Source: Heterodontus francisci (lineage: Eukaryota). Taken from it: a stretch of 64,000 nt of DNA. How positions within the stretch are numbered: position 1 is the stretch's first letter; each line of letters opens with the position of its first letter. The notes under the pieces are model-generated. The model did not search any database. It had not been told where the DNA came from and saw only the letters and a list, made by a program, of their open reading frames with translations. The position numbers and the translations under genes were made by a program. Of this stretch, positions 48,620 through 60,979 are shown piece after piece. The DNA is taken from the NCBI RefSeq assembly GCF_036365525.1, contig NC_090375.1, positions 31,739,282 through 31,803,281 on the forward strand, in the 5' to 3' direction.

Positions 48620-50308
48620 TTGCGAGTGATTCTACAAGGTGTGAACCCAGTGCCAGCAGTTGGACTGGAGGCAGGCTGCTGATCAGGCTCCCCTTGGCCT
48701 GGGATGACTTTGGCGGCTGTCCTTTGGCTGCCTGAGGCCTGGAGACCCCAGCTGCCTGAGGGTTTCGCCTGGCTACTGGAGGAGGGGTTCAGGAACTGGT
48801 GTCCACACTCGGAGCGCCCTGAGGAAAGCCCCCAGCTCTGGAGGTCAGCCTCTCCTCCTCTCTTTCAAGGCTCACTGAACCTCCCTGTTGACTAGAGAAA
48901 GACGAAGAATTGGAGAAGACTCCAGACACCTGGTCCTTCTCTCGCCTTGCCGCTGCTGCCTTGAGCTCATGGCCAAGGTGGGTACAGGTCTGCACACATT
49001 TGTGGGATCTGGCTCTCCATGAGGGTTGCCAACCACTTAATGGCGGAAACAGGAGCTCACATGCCTGTGACATGGCAGCACATGGCATGGATGGACTCCT
49101 CCAACTTCCGTTCATGGCTGCGCATTGCCTCTGGCATCTCCGCCAGATGTTGCCTTACCTCTCCCTGCAACTCCAACATGCCCTGTGCTGTCTACAGCAT
49201 AAGCTCATCATCAGCCTGGGGCTCAGCATGGGCCTGGCCACCCACAGTCCTCCGACTGTCAGAGGCCTCGGCTGTCTCAGCCTCAGCCAGCTGCACGAGA
49301 CCATGTGCAGTGCTCTCATCAACTTGTGACCCTGGTTCTACAGCCGAGCAGAAACCCACCAAGGTGTAAGTATCTGTGCTGGTGGAAGGTGCAGGAGAAT
49401 CGTGGGATGGTGCTTCCTCTGACTGCGGATCCTCCTCAGAGGTGGAATTATGTCCCCCTTCTGTTGGAGTCTCCTGCTGATGCCAACCTACATGAGAGAA
49501 CACAATCACGTGTGGGTTTGGCTGTGCAAATCTTGTCATGCCAACCATGATGTGGATCTCCAGAAGTATCCTGTATGTCGAAGGAAGGCAATCCACACTC
49601 TCTGGTGCAAAGACTCCTTTTTCTCCATTGATATGGAGCAGCTGCCCTGGGTTCCCACCAATTCTAGTGCCTCCTCCTCTGCTGTGGAGAGAGGCCAAAG
49701 ATCTGGGATGTGTCCACCACTCTGCAATGTCTCCCTCCCATTATGGGCCCTTTTGTCCTGCAAGTTGAAAGAGGAAGATAGTCAATCTTCACAGAGAAAT
49801 CAACATGACAGTTCTTCTAGTGTCAGCCCTTCCTCCCCTACTGGGGTATCCAATATAGCTCATGCTCCTGTCCGCAGTCAGGGGAGTTAATGGGGGTGAT
49901 ATGTGAACCATGGTGGCCTGTGGCCGAGATGCAGCAAAGTATCTTCAGGATGAGGTGATTCCTAACCCTCCCTGCTGTTACTGTTGCAGTGCCTCCCACC
50001 CCATGTCTTGTTTCCTTCTGCACAACCACTTGCAATCACTGAAAAAGAGAGACGTATGAAGCATTCACCTTAGCAGAACGCAGGAGGTCATGGACCCTCT
50101 CGCGGCACTGGACCCATGTGCAGCGGGTGATCCCAGAGCTGCTGATCTCCTCAGCTATCTCCATCTAGGCTTGCTTGGTCAATCAGGAGAACCGCTTCTT
50201 GCCATCGTTGGGGAAGAGGACCTCCCACCTTTCCTTTGCAGCCTGGAGGAGAATCCCGAGGGAGGCATTACTAAACAGTGGGGCCACCCTGTGTGTTTCC
50301 TCTGCCAT
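48620..50308 (-). pseudogene. Harbinger Myb/SANT-like gene (spliced, decayed)
   Basis: MAEETHRVAPLFSNASLGIL...TWVQCRERVHDLLRSAK|GTGAAT; exon 2 after TTGCAG reads DKRAHNGRETLQSGG...LSTAEEEALELVG; 3' end approximate. Confidence 0.8.
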
Positions 50309-50427
50309 CCTGTGGGGTCTGCTTTGGAGGATGGGGGGGGGGGTCCAGAGTCACTGCAACACCGGTCTCAGTTGTGAGGAGCTAGCAGCATATGAGTCCA
50401 AGGCAGCAATGCAAACAGGGCTGGCAG

Positions 50428-50442
50428 GGCTTTAAATATGGC
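50428..50442 (-). promoter_or_regulatory. Putative TATA element of the Harbinger Myb gene
   Basis: CATATTTAAAGCCCTGCCAGCCC about 120 bp upstream of the ATG, conserved in the other copy at 12401-12423. Confidence 0.35.
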
Positions 50443-50653
50443 GTCAGCACCTGCTCCTCAGTCAGCTGATGCTGTGTTTGGAGTCTCGCATCCTGCCCCC
50501 GCTGTGAGATTGGCCGGGCTCCGCGATTCCATTATGCAAAGCGGCCACCCGCCACATGATCACGGAGGGCCAGCTGCCCACATGACGAGCGGGAACAGCA
50601 CCCACTTCTGGGTCCGCTGCTGGGACCCACGATGGGCTCACTAAATTCAGCCC

Positions 50654-51320
50654 ACACATACAGATGGCAACAAGCTCTACTCTCAATCGGCTCAATCTTC
50701 CATCACAAACTCTCTAGGCACAGTCTCAGAGAGAATCACTCTTTCCCAAGCTGAGTTTCAAAACCTAAATTGTCTCTATTGCTAACATGACTTATTTCCA
50801 CATTTATAATATCACCCACCTTATCTCCACCACCACATTCTTCCACCACCTCTAGACTTGACTACTCCAATACTCTCTTTACTGGCCACCTAACTGCCAC
50901 CCTCCATAAACTCCAGCTTCTGTAAAACTCTAATGCTCGCGTCTTATCCCATACCAAGTTCTTCTTGCCGACCCCCAGGTCCTCAGAGACCTACATCTCC
51001 TAAAGCCTCAAATTGAAAATCCTCAAGTTTAAATCTGTCCATTGCCTTGGCCCTCTCTTATCTCCTCCAGTGTTATATTCTTCCCACTCTCCCTCCGAAA
51101 CCTCCATTCCCGACTCCGGCCCATTGTGCATCCTCCTCCCTTTTCCCCAAGTTCTAGTGGCAAGTCCTTTATCCTCCAGTGTGCTACTTTCTGAAACTCC
51201 CTCCTTAAACATCTTTACCTCTCACCGGTCCTTTAAGAACCTCCCTCTCCTCCTTTAAAAATCTCTTCAAAAATCATTGCTTCAATAAGCTCTAATCTCT
51301 CCCTTCCTATCTCCTTTCTT
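50654..51320 (+). mobile_element. Old L2 fragment, continuation
   Basis: SRLDYSNTL-like TCTAGACTTGACTACTCCAATACTCTC, KLQLL, pyrimidine-rich L2 3' region. Confidence 0.6.
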
Positions 51321-51959
51321 TCTGCCTACCTGTGAAGTACCAATTCTGTTTGTACCACATTATAAATTAGAGTTTTTCTCAAACATGATAAAGCAGCATG
51401 TAAATACAAGTTTAAAAAAAGTTGTTGTGCAGATTGCAGCATGCTTCTACTGATATCACTATTAGCCTTTTTATGCTCACAGTTCAAAATGACATTAAAA
51501 AAAAATCTGAATTGAAGTAAATGGAATGGAAAATTGAGCGAGATGTACGACAGCCAGTGATCCTTTCTGAATGTGGAACTCACTACAGCAAGCAGAATAG
51601 CAGAGATGCATTGAAGACGAAGCTAGGTAAGGACATGAGGGAGAAAGGAATAGAAGGATATATTGATAGGGTTAGATGAAGAGGGGTGGGAGGAGATCAA
51701 CTGAGCTGAATGCCCTGTTTCTGTTTTGTAAATTCTAAAGAATGCAATGTAATATCTCTCATTTTACTGACGTTACAAGATCCCCTTGATATCTCTGTGC
51801 TTCTATTCTTTATAAGGGCGATTCCATAATCTCATTCTGCCAGAGAAGAGGCCAGATGCACAGTGAATATACCTCAGAATATAGCTACCAGATTAGAGCC
51901 TAGGTTCTATAATCCATGCTCCGTGCTAATGTGGCTCCCTGCTGGGAGTGTGGGATCCC

Positions 51960-52330
51960 TAGGGTTCCCAACTCTGCTCGGACGAATCCCCGAGGATTTC
52001 GTCACATAACCTGCTGCCTCCAACTGCTCCGCCCCCACAATCCTGCCATTGGTCACCCGGCATGTCCATCCGCATGGTGCGCCGTCTTCCTAAGCCAATC
52101 AGAAAATGATCAGACTCTTCAGTGCCCGATTGGATGATTCTTGACAGTCAAACAGCCTTTATTCCCTCATGCCCAATATTTTTATATATGTTATTATCAA
52201 AAGCATTCAAAGCTAATTTTCTAAAGCGCAATTTAAATTTTTTTTTATTGCCCCAATAATCTTTCTCCTGGGTTGCTCTCAGCAGCGTCCTGGAGATTAG
52301 TTGTTCATTCCTGGAAGGTCCACAACCCTC
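51960..52330. mobile_element. TAGGGTT-terminated (hAT-like) MITE
   Basis: TAGGGTTCCCAAC ... CACAACCCT; homologous to 43548-44139. Confidence 0.5.
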
Positions 52331-52347
52331 AGAACCCCATCCCCACT

Positions 52348-52572
52348 TGTTAATCTGAATTGTGTATCAATTGTTTGATTATATGCAGGTGGAGGGTGTT
52401 AATTGGGATCTTACTTGAGCACTTATAAGCAGATACTCACTGAGACTGGTGGAGAGTTTTGACTGAGGAGTTGTATGTTTGTAATCGTTTTACTCTGTAC
52501 AATAAATGTGAAACTGAGTAAAGATAGGCTCCAGCATTATCCCTCCATAACAAGCTTTCTGGAGTTTTAACA
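52348..52572 (+). mobile_element. Short solo LTR (225 bp)
   Basis: TGTT...AACA, 5-bp TSD CCACT, TATAA and AATAAA. Confidence 0.8.
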
Positions 52573-53169
52573 CCACTCACTTCAAAACCAACTTGAAAAA
52601 CAAATTAAAATTAAATAAATGAGATACACTCAACTCTGTTATAATGCACTGGAACGCTTAAAGATTTACAATTGTTGAGAGTTTTTTTACCCTCTAGGTG
52701 GGAGCTAAAAAAGCCCACCTGTTAAAGGCCATCACTACTGTATGAGGATTAGGGTTAGGGTTATAGTTAGGGAAAGAGCACTGGCATAGCATTTCAACAG
52801 TGTTTCTAAACAGAAGGCAGCACTGAGATGATTTGCAATTTGGTGATTCAACTTGCTTTGGATCGTGTTAGCACTTTGTAACAGCAGCAGCAAGACACTT
52901 GCACAGGAGTTAACGGCTCTCTTCAAAACAATTTCTTGCTATAGACATGTCGCCCTTACAAAGGCATCTGAGTTTTCTAGGCGAAGGAAGACTTCTGAAG
53001 CACAGTCAGACCATCGATGGATTTCTGACTTTGAGGAGCTCTGGAGCAAAGAGCAAGGGTAAGAGGTGGGGGTAAACAAACTGCAGCTTCCCAACAGTGA
53101 CCCCCAACTGTGCAGGCAAAGAATTTGGGATAGCTTCATAAAAATAGAGAAAGGGAAGCAGAATGGTCT

Positions 53170-53578
53170 TACGAGGAAAGGCTGAGGGACTTGAGGTTGT
53201 TTTCGTTAGAGAGGAGGAGTAGGAGAGGTGACTTAATAGAGACATACAAGATAATCAGAGGGTTAGATAGGGTGGATAGTGAGAGTCTTTTTCCTCGGAT
53301 GATGATGGCAAAAATGAGGGGACATAGCTTTAAGTTGAGGGGTGATAGATATAGGACAGATGTTAGAGATAGTTTCTTTACTCAGAGAGTAGCAGGGGCG
53401 TGGAACGCCCTGCCTGCAACAGTAGTAGACTCGCCAACTTTAAGGGCATTTAAGTGGTCATTGGATAGACATATGGATGAAAATGGAATACTGTAGGTCA
53501 GATGGTTTCAAAGGTCGGCGCAACATCGAGGGCCGAAGGGCCTGTACTGCGCTGTTATGTTCTATGTTCTACGTTCTA
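53170..53578 (+). mobile_element. CR1 3' fragment
   Basis: LFSLERRSRRGDLIETYKIIRGLDRVD; (GTTCTAT)n tail. Confidence 0.9.
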
Positions 53579-55221
53579 TAATGGTGAGCAAGTCAATTCC
53601 CTCCGCTCCTGGTTATATAGTGAGGGAGCGAAAAAAACTATTTTGTGACAACATTGTAGATTCAACAACAATCTAATCTAATCAAAGAGAAAAGGCTGGA
53701 TTATAAACAACAGACTGAAGGATTAAGAGGATTAATTTAACAGGAAATCAATCTTAATAGAATGACAACAGGAATGCGACTTTGTGTCTTTTTTTTATTA
53801 GCACTGCCCTGTGCCAGGGTGGATGCTTGGAGTTCTGGTGGACCAAGCTGAAACAGGACAGAGGGTCAGTTTTAACTGGACGGAAAAGATTCCATCTAAA
53901 ATATTTCACCCATTACAAAGGCCGGTAAGTTTCCATTGCTGACAACGTAAAGGAATGTGGAGGGGTGCAAAATGAATGACTGACCCACTGCCCTCCTATT
54001 TGCAGCCTGAGGAGAACAGTTAAAATGGGCCTGAAGTCACTGAGTCTCATTGTGACTATGCTGCTGCCTGGAGGAGGCGCAGAAGCACAGGTCAAAGCCA
54101 TCCAGTTTGACCATGAGCACTGTCTCTGTTGGCACAAGTGCTTTGTGGTGGCATCAGTGACATATCTGAACATAATGGCACTGTTAGAAAATTCAGAAGA
54201 ATAACACTTACACTTACTATATTCTCGTTTATCACAGACTCACAGAATTGTTACAGTGCAGAAGGAGGCCATTCGGCCCATCATGTCCACACTGGCTCTC
54301 TGAAAGAGCAATTCCCTCAGTTCCATTCCCCTGCCTTCTCCCCATAACCCTGCACATTCTTCCTTTTCATATAATTCCCTTTTGAATGCTTCAATTGAAC
54401 CTGCCTCCACCACGTTCTCAGGCAGCGCATTCCAGACCTTAACCACTAGCTGCGTGAAAATGTTTTTCCTCATGTCACTTTTGCTTCTCTTACCAAATAC
54501 TTTAAATCTGTGGCCTCTCGTTTGTGATCCTTTCATGAGTGGGAACAGTTTCTCTCTATCTACTCTATCCAGACCCCTCATGATTTTGAATACCTCTATC
54601 AAATCACCTCTCAGCTTTCTCTTCTCCAAGAAAAACAGTCCTAACTTCTCCAATCTATCTTCATAACTGAAGTTCCTCATCCCTGGAACCATTCTTGTGA
54701 ATATCTTTTGTACTCTCTCCAATTCCCTCGAGTCTTTCCTAAAGTATGGCGCCCAGAATTGGATGCAATACTCCAGCTGAGGACGAACTAGTGTCTTATA
54801 CAAGTTCAACATAACTTCCTTGCTCTTGTATTCTCTGCCCCTATTAATAAAGCCCAGGATACTGTATGCTTAGTTAACCGCTTTCTCAACCTGTCCTGCC
54901 ACCATCAGTGACTTATGCACATATACACCCAGGTCCCTCTGCTCCTGCACCCCCTTTAGAATTGTACCCTTTATTCTATATTGTCTGTCCATGTTCTTCC
55001 TACCAAAATGAATCACCTCACATTTCTCTGCATTGAACTTCATCTGCCACCTATCTGCCCATTCCACCAACTTGTCTATGTCCTTTTGAAGTTCTACACT
55101 ATCCTTCTCACAGTTCACAATGCTTCCTAGTTTCGTATTTATATTTATTTAGAGATACAGCACTGAAACAGGCTCTTCGGCCCACCGAGTCTGTGCCGAC
55201 CATCAACCACCCATTTATACT

Positions 55222-57370
55222 TCTTTTTTCTTTTGGGCCTCCTTATCTCGAGAGACAATGGATACGCGCCTGGAGGTGGTCAGTGGTTTGTGAAGCAGCG
55301 CCTGGAGTGGCTATAAAGGCCAATTCTGGAGTGACAGGCTCTTCCACAGGTGCTGCAGAGAAATTTGTTTGTTGGGGCTGTTGCACAGTTGGCTCTCCCC
55401 TTGCGCCTCTGTCTTTTTTCCTGCCAACTACTAAGTCTCTTCGACTCGCCACAATTTAGCCCTGTCTTTATGGCTGCCCGCCAGCTCTGGCGAATGCTGG
55501 CAACTGACTCCCACGACTTGTGATCAATGTCACACGATTTCATGTCGCGTTTGCAGACGTCTTTATAACGGAGACATGGACGGCCGGTGGGTCTGATACC
55601 AGTGGCGAGCTCGCTGTACAATGTGTCTTTGGGGATCCTGCCATCTTCCATGCGGCTCACATGGCCAAGCCATCTCAAGCGCCGCTGACTCAGTAGTGTG
55701 TATAAGCTGGGGGTGTTGGCCGCTTCAAGGACTTCTGTGTTGGAGATATAGTCCTGCCACCTGATGCCAAGTATTCTCCGAAGGCAGCGAAGATGGAATG
55801 AATTGAGACGTCGCTCTTGGCTGGCATACGTTGTCCAGGCCTCGCTGCCGTAGAGCAAGGTACTGAGGACACAGGCCTGATACACTCGGACTTTTGTGTT
55901 CCGTGTCAGTGCGCCATTTTCCCACACTCTCTTGGCCAGTCTGAACATAGCAGTGGAAGCCTTACCCACGCGCTTGTTGATTTCTGCATCTAGAGACAGG
56001 TTACTGGTGATAGTTGAGCCTAGGTAGGTGAACTCTTGAACCACTTCCAGAGCGTGGTCGCCAATATTGATGGATGGAGCATTTCTGACATCCTGCCCCA
56101 TGATGTTCGTTTTCTTGAGGCTGATGGTTAGGCCAAATTCATTGCAGGCAGACGCAAACCTGTCGATGAGACTCTGCAGGCATTCTTCAGTGTGAGATGT
56201 TAAAGCAGCATCGTCAGCAAAGAGGAGTTCTCTGATGAGGACTTTCCGTACTTTGGACTTCGCTCTTAGACGGGCAAGGTTGAACAACCTGCCCCCTGAT
56301 CTTGTGTGGAGGAAAATTCCTTCTTCAGAGGATTTGAACGCATGTGAAAGCAGCAGGGAGAAGAAAATCCCAAAAAGTGTGGGTGCGAGAACACAGCCCT
56401 GTTTCACACCACTCAGGATAGGAAAGGGCTCTGATGAGGAGCCACCATGTTGAATTGTGCCTTTCATATTGTCATGGAATGAGGTGATGATACTTAGTAG
56501 CTTTGGTGGACATCCGATCTTTTCTAGTAGTCTGAAGAGACCACGTCTGCTGACGAGGTCAAAGGCTTTGGTGAGATCAATGAAAGCAATGTAGAGGGGC
56601 ATCTGTTGTTCACGGCATTTCTCCTGTATCTGACGAAGGGAGAACAGCATGTCAATAGTCGATCTCTCTGCACGAAAGCCACACTGTGCCTCAGGGTAGA
56701 CGCGCTCGGCCAGCTTCTGGAGCCTGTTCAGAGCGACTCGAGCAAAGACTTTCCCCACTATGCTGAGCAGGGAGATTCCACGGTAGTTGTTGCAGTCACC
56801 GCGGTCACCTTTGTTTTTATAGAGGGTGATGATGTTGGCATCGCGCATGTCCTGGGGTACTGCTCCCTCGTCCCAGCACAGGCATAGCAGTTCATGTAGT
56901 GCTGAGAGTATAGCAGGCTTGGCACTCTTGATTATTTCAGGGGTAATGCTGTCCTTCCCAGGGGCTTTTCCGCTGGCTAGGGAATCAATGGCATCACTGA
57001 GTTCCGATTTGGTTGGCTGTATGTCCAGCTCATCCATGACTGGTAGAGGCTGGGCTGCATTGAGGGCAGTCTCAGTGACAGCATTCTCCCTGGAGTACAG
57101 TTCTAGGTAGTGCTCAACCCAGCGGTCCATCTGTTTGCGTTGGTCAGTGATTATGTCCCCCGATTTAGATTTGAGGGGGGTGATCTTCTTGATGGTTGGC
57201 CCAAGAGCTCTCTTCATGCCATCATACATTCCTCTGATGTTTCCGGTGTCTGAGGCCAGCTGAATATGACTGCATAGGTGTTGCCAGTAGTCGTTTGCGC
57301 AACGCCTAGCTGTTCTTTGTGCAGTACTTCTGGCTGCTTTAAGTGCTGCGGATGTTAAATCGCTGGGGGC
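55222..57370 (-). mobile_element. 5'-truncated RTE-clade LINE, young
   Basis: 8-bp TSD TTTATACT (55214-55221, 57371-57378); short 3' UTR with A-rich tail. Confidence 0.9.
55280..57370 (-). CDS. RTE reverse transcriptase, 5'-truncated but uninterrupted (696 codons)
   Basis: NYRGISLLS, QCGFR, FIDLTKAFD, GVKQGCVLAPTLF, LLFADD, LLYGSEAW, LRWLGHVSRM, C-terminal CxxC..H..C knuckle; the frame is open from the truncation point. Confidence 0.9.
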   Translation of the reverse strand, partial: APSDLTSAALKAARSTAQRTARRCANDYWQHLCSHIQLASDTGNIRGMYDGMKRALGPTIKKITPLKSKSGDIITDQRKQMDRWVEHYLELYSRENAVTETALNAAQPLPVMDELDIQPTKSELSDAIDSLASGKAPGKDSITPEIIKSAKPAILSALHELLCLCWDEGAVPQDMRDANIITLYKNKGDRGDCNNYRGISLLSIVGKVFARVALNRLQKLAERVYPEAQCGFRAERSTIDMLFSLRQIQEKCREQQMPLYIAFIDLTKAFDLVSRRGLFRLLEKIGCPPKLLSIITSFHDNMKGTIQHGGSSSEPFPILSGVKQGCVLAPTLFGIFFSLLLSHAFKSSEEGIFLHTRSGGRLFNLARLRAKSKVRKVLIRELLFADDAALTSHTEECLQSLIDRFASACNEFGLTISLKKTNIMGQDVRNAPSINIGDHALEVVQEFTYLGSTITSNLSLDAEINKRVGKASTAMFRLAKRVWENGALTRNTKVRVYQACVLSTLLYGSEAWTTYASQERRLNSFHLRCLRRILGIRWQDYISNTEVLEAANTPSLYTLLSQRRLRWLGHVSRMEDGRIPKDTLYSELATGIRPTGRPCLRYKDVCKRDMKSCDIDHKSWESVASIRQSWRAAIKTGLNCGESKRLSSWQEKRQRRKGRANCATAPTNKFLCSTCGRACHSRIGLYSHSRRCFTNH

Positions 57371-58949
57371 TTTATACTAATCCTACATTAATCCCATATT
57401 CCTACCACATCCCCACCTTCCCTCAATTCCCCTACCACCTACCTACACTAGGAGCAATTTACAATGGCCAATTTACCTATCAACCTGCAAATCTTTGGCT
57501 GTGGGAGGAAACCAGAGCACCCGGCGGAAACCCACGCAGTCACAGGGAGAACTTGCAAACTCCGCACAGGCAGTACCCAGAATTGAACCCGGGTCACTGG
57601 AGCTGTGAGGCTGCATATATCGGAAAAGCAAGGGTCCCAACACTAATCCCCGGGGAACTCCATTACAAACCTTCCTCCAGCCCGAAAACCATCCATTAGC
57701 CACTATTCTTTGTTTCCTGTCACTCAGATAATTTCATATCCATGTTGCTACCGTCCCTTTTATTCCATGAGCTACAAGTTTGCTCACAAGTCTGTTGTGT
57801 GGCACTGTATCAAATGCCTTTTGAAAGTCCATGTACACCACATCAACAGCATTGCCCTCATCAATCCTCTATGTTACCCCCTCAAAAAACTCCAGCAAGT
57901 TTGTTAAACATGATTTTCCCTTAAGAAATCCATGCTGGCTTTCCTTAATTAACTTTCATGTGACCATGTGACTTGATTTTGGCCCGAATTATCTTTTCTA
58001 GAAATTTTCCCACCACCAAAGTTAAGCTGACTGGCCTGTAGTTGCTGGGCTTATGTTTACACCCTTTTTTGAACAAGGGTGTAATGTTTGCAATTCTCCA
58101 GTCCTCTGGCACCATCCCTGAGTCTAAGGAAGACTGAAAAATTATGGCCAGTGCCTTAGCGATTTCCTCCCTCAGTATCCTTGGATGCATGTCATCTGGT
58201 CCTGGTGCTTTATCCACTTTAAGTTTAGACAGCCTATCTAATACTTCCTTTTTATCAATTTTAAGCCCCTCTAGTGTCTGACTTACCTCCTCTTTCAACA
58301 TTGCCTGGGTTGCATCTTCTTCCTTGGTAAAGACAGATGCAAAGCATTCACTTAATACCTTACCTACGGCCTCTGCCTCCATGTTTAAATCCCCTTTCTG
58401 GTCTCTAATCAGCCCCACTCCTCCTTTTACCACCCTTTTACTCTTTATATGCCTATGGAAAACTTTTGGATTACCTTTAATGTTAGCTGCCAGTCTCCTC
58501 TCATGCTGTCTCTTTGCTTCTCTTATTTGCTTTTTCACTTCCCCTCTGGACCTTCTATATTTTGCCTGGTTCTCAATAGTATTTTATACCTGGCATCTAT
58601 TAGATGATAAATGGAATCTTACCAAACTGACCTGTTTAAATGACGAATTAAATAGCAGAATTGCGAAGATAAGAATTAAAGAATTAACATGCAGCTCTGG
58701 TGACCATTGAGGATGGACTGCAAAATAATCAATTTAACCAAAATTGTCCTGATTATCAAGTGTTACCTGACAAACACATTCCATAGAATTTAAGTTTTGG
58801 TTTAAGGAAGAAAGTTTTGGGGTGAAATTCGACTTCGACAAAGACACAAAATGGGCTGTAGCGGATTGACCACGTCCATTAAAACTATTAGAAATCAATG
58901 GAAAGTAAATCAAGCAAGGAATATAATGGGCAGATACAAGAGTAATCTT

Positions 58950-59895
58950 CGAAAGGAAATTACACAGTATTTACAGCACAGAAATAGGACATTTCGCTGG
59001 TGTTTATGCTTCACTCGAGCCTCCTTCCACTCTATTTACTTCATCCAACGCTATCAACATATCCTTTACAGCCTTCTGCCTCATGTACTTAACTAGCTCC
59101 CCCTTAAATGTGATTTTTGCCTCAACCACACCATTTGGTAGCCAATTCCACATTCTCAACACTCTCTGGGGAAAGAAGATTCTCCTAAATTTCTTACTGG
59201 ATTTATTAGTGACTATCGTATATTTATGGCCCCTACTAGGAAAGATGTGAGGGTCCTTGAGAGGGTGCAGAGGAGATTTACCAGAATAGTTCCAGGGAGG
59301 GAGGATTTTACCTGCAAGGTTAGGTTGGAAAAGCTGGGATTGTTCTTCCTGGAGCAAAGGAGATTGAGGGGAGATTTGATAGAGGTGCACAAGATTGTGA
59401 CACGCTTAGATAAGGTAGGAAAGGAAAAACTGTTCCCATTAACTGATTGTACAAGAGCTAGGGAATGAAGAAATGAAGGTTTTGGGCTCAGATGCAGGGG
59501 GAATGTGAGGAAGAACATTTTTACACAGCGAGTGGTAGTGACCTGGAACTCACTGCCCACGAGCGGGGTGGAAGCAGAGACAATCAGTGATTTCAAACCG
59601 AAATTGCAGAAATAAACATGCAGGGCTACGGGGATCGAGCGTGGGAGTGGGACTGACTGGATTGGTCCACAGAGAGCTGGCACGGACCCGATGGGCCGAA
59701 TGGACTCCTTCTATGCTGTATATGACTCTATGACTCTAGCTTTGCACTTTCCCACAAGTGGAAACATCTTCTCTATGCCTACCTGATCAAACCACTTTGT
59801 AATTTTAAAGACTTCCATTAGATCACCTCTAAATCTTCTATTTGTTTTTCAAGAGAAAAGAGCTCCAGTCTGCTCAGTCTTTCCTGATAGTCATA
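58950..59895 (-). mobile_element. Old CR1 3' fragment interrupted at 59236-59737
   Basis: RGHKYTIVTNKS...FFPQRVLRMWNWLP; resumes near 59740. Confidence 0.7.
59236..59737 (+). mobile_element. CR1 3' fragment
   Basis: LERVQRRFTRIVPG...LEQRRLRGDLIEV; (TATGACTC)n tail. Confidence 0.85.
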
Positions 59896-60979
59896 ACCTG
59901 TGTAGTGAGTGTACTGCAGTATATATCAGTGTCTTAAGGACAATGGAGATTTTTTGGGGGGAGGGAGGTGAGAAAGAGAATAAACTGATAGGATATGACA
60001 CTCTGATCAGAGGATTCTCCTGGAAATGTAAGTCGTAATAACTTTGCTAATGCCATATAAAATAACAATTTTATAGAATCAGCCAACCACACAGAAGAGA
60101 TCAAACAATGACATTGGTGCACATTAGTGACATTATTTCACACCTTTGAATTAGAAAAGAAAATGACAATGCTCCTTTAACAAAAGCCTCCAGGCAGGCA
60201 ATATTTTAGAAAGCTATAATTGGTTGTGTTGCTATCTTACTGGGTACTGCATGGAAATAACTGAAACTGAATATACTATTAGGTAAAGAATGGGCATCTA
60301 GCCCAGACTGATAGGATGAAAATCTTTTATCTCTCTCTACTAACTATAACGATCGCTTGTGAAGTGAGTTTGTGAAGTCTCAACCCAGCTGCTAGTAGCT
60401 CTGAACCTACAGCACCATACTGCCCTGGATTCCACACCAATTGACACAAAATTTTCAATCTCACACAGAAAAAAACAAAGATAGCTTGTGTAAGAAAATG
60501 GGAAAATTCATACTGGTGTAGTCAGGGCACGCTTCTGAAGTTGGGGTTAAGGCGTTTTGTTAGCTTCAAAATAAAGTCATTTTGACTCTGCTGCTCTGTT
60601 GAGGTGAGAACATATGCAAAATTATTCCACTCCATAGCACTGAAATCCATTACTGGATCAGCTCAACATTCACCAGTATCAATTATTTAACTTAATATTA
60701 TTAATAGTCGTTTGGTAGTACAGAACTTGAGTATTGCTGAAAATAGAGACATTTTGTCAAAGCTTTGCATCTTGCACTCATCAGGACAGTGCGCAAGAAT
60801 AGCAATGTAAGGGAAACAACAAGTTCATACTGTATGAGAAGAGTGCTGGTTGGTTGGCAAGTGGACTCTGATTGGTAGAGGCATTGCCATGGAGAATGCA
60901 CCAGTTTATGGTGATTGATAGTTTACTGCCAAGCTTTGTTTGAAATTTAAACCAGGCTGCTTGACTCTGATTGGTCAAG

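Larger units (their letters stand above)
46011..50653. mobile_element. PIF/Harbinger transposon, two-gene (transposase + Myb/SANT), decayed
   Basis: TIRs TGGCAGAATTTAGTG / GGGCTGAATTTAGTG; convergent genes; TSD not clear. Confidence 0.9.
55138..57615 (-). mobile_element. HE1-type V-SINE split by RTE (own sequence 55138-55221 and 57371-57615)
   Basis: Both halves match 32506-32860; the 5' A-box region is missing. Confidence 0.85.
54235..58600 (-). mobile_element. CR1 fragment hosting a SINE and an RTE (own sequence 54235-55137 and 57616-58600)
   Basis: NYRPVSLT and GVP..LVLGPLLF on the right; LQKDIDKLVEWADRWQMKFN and 3' end on the left. Confidence 0.9.

Noticed and set aside
52749-52772. TTAGGG telomere-like repeats
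   Set aside because: Only three perfect units plus one degenerate unit; too short to call an interstitial telomere
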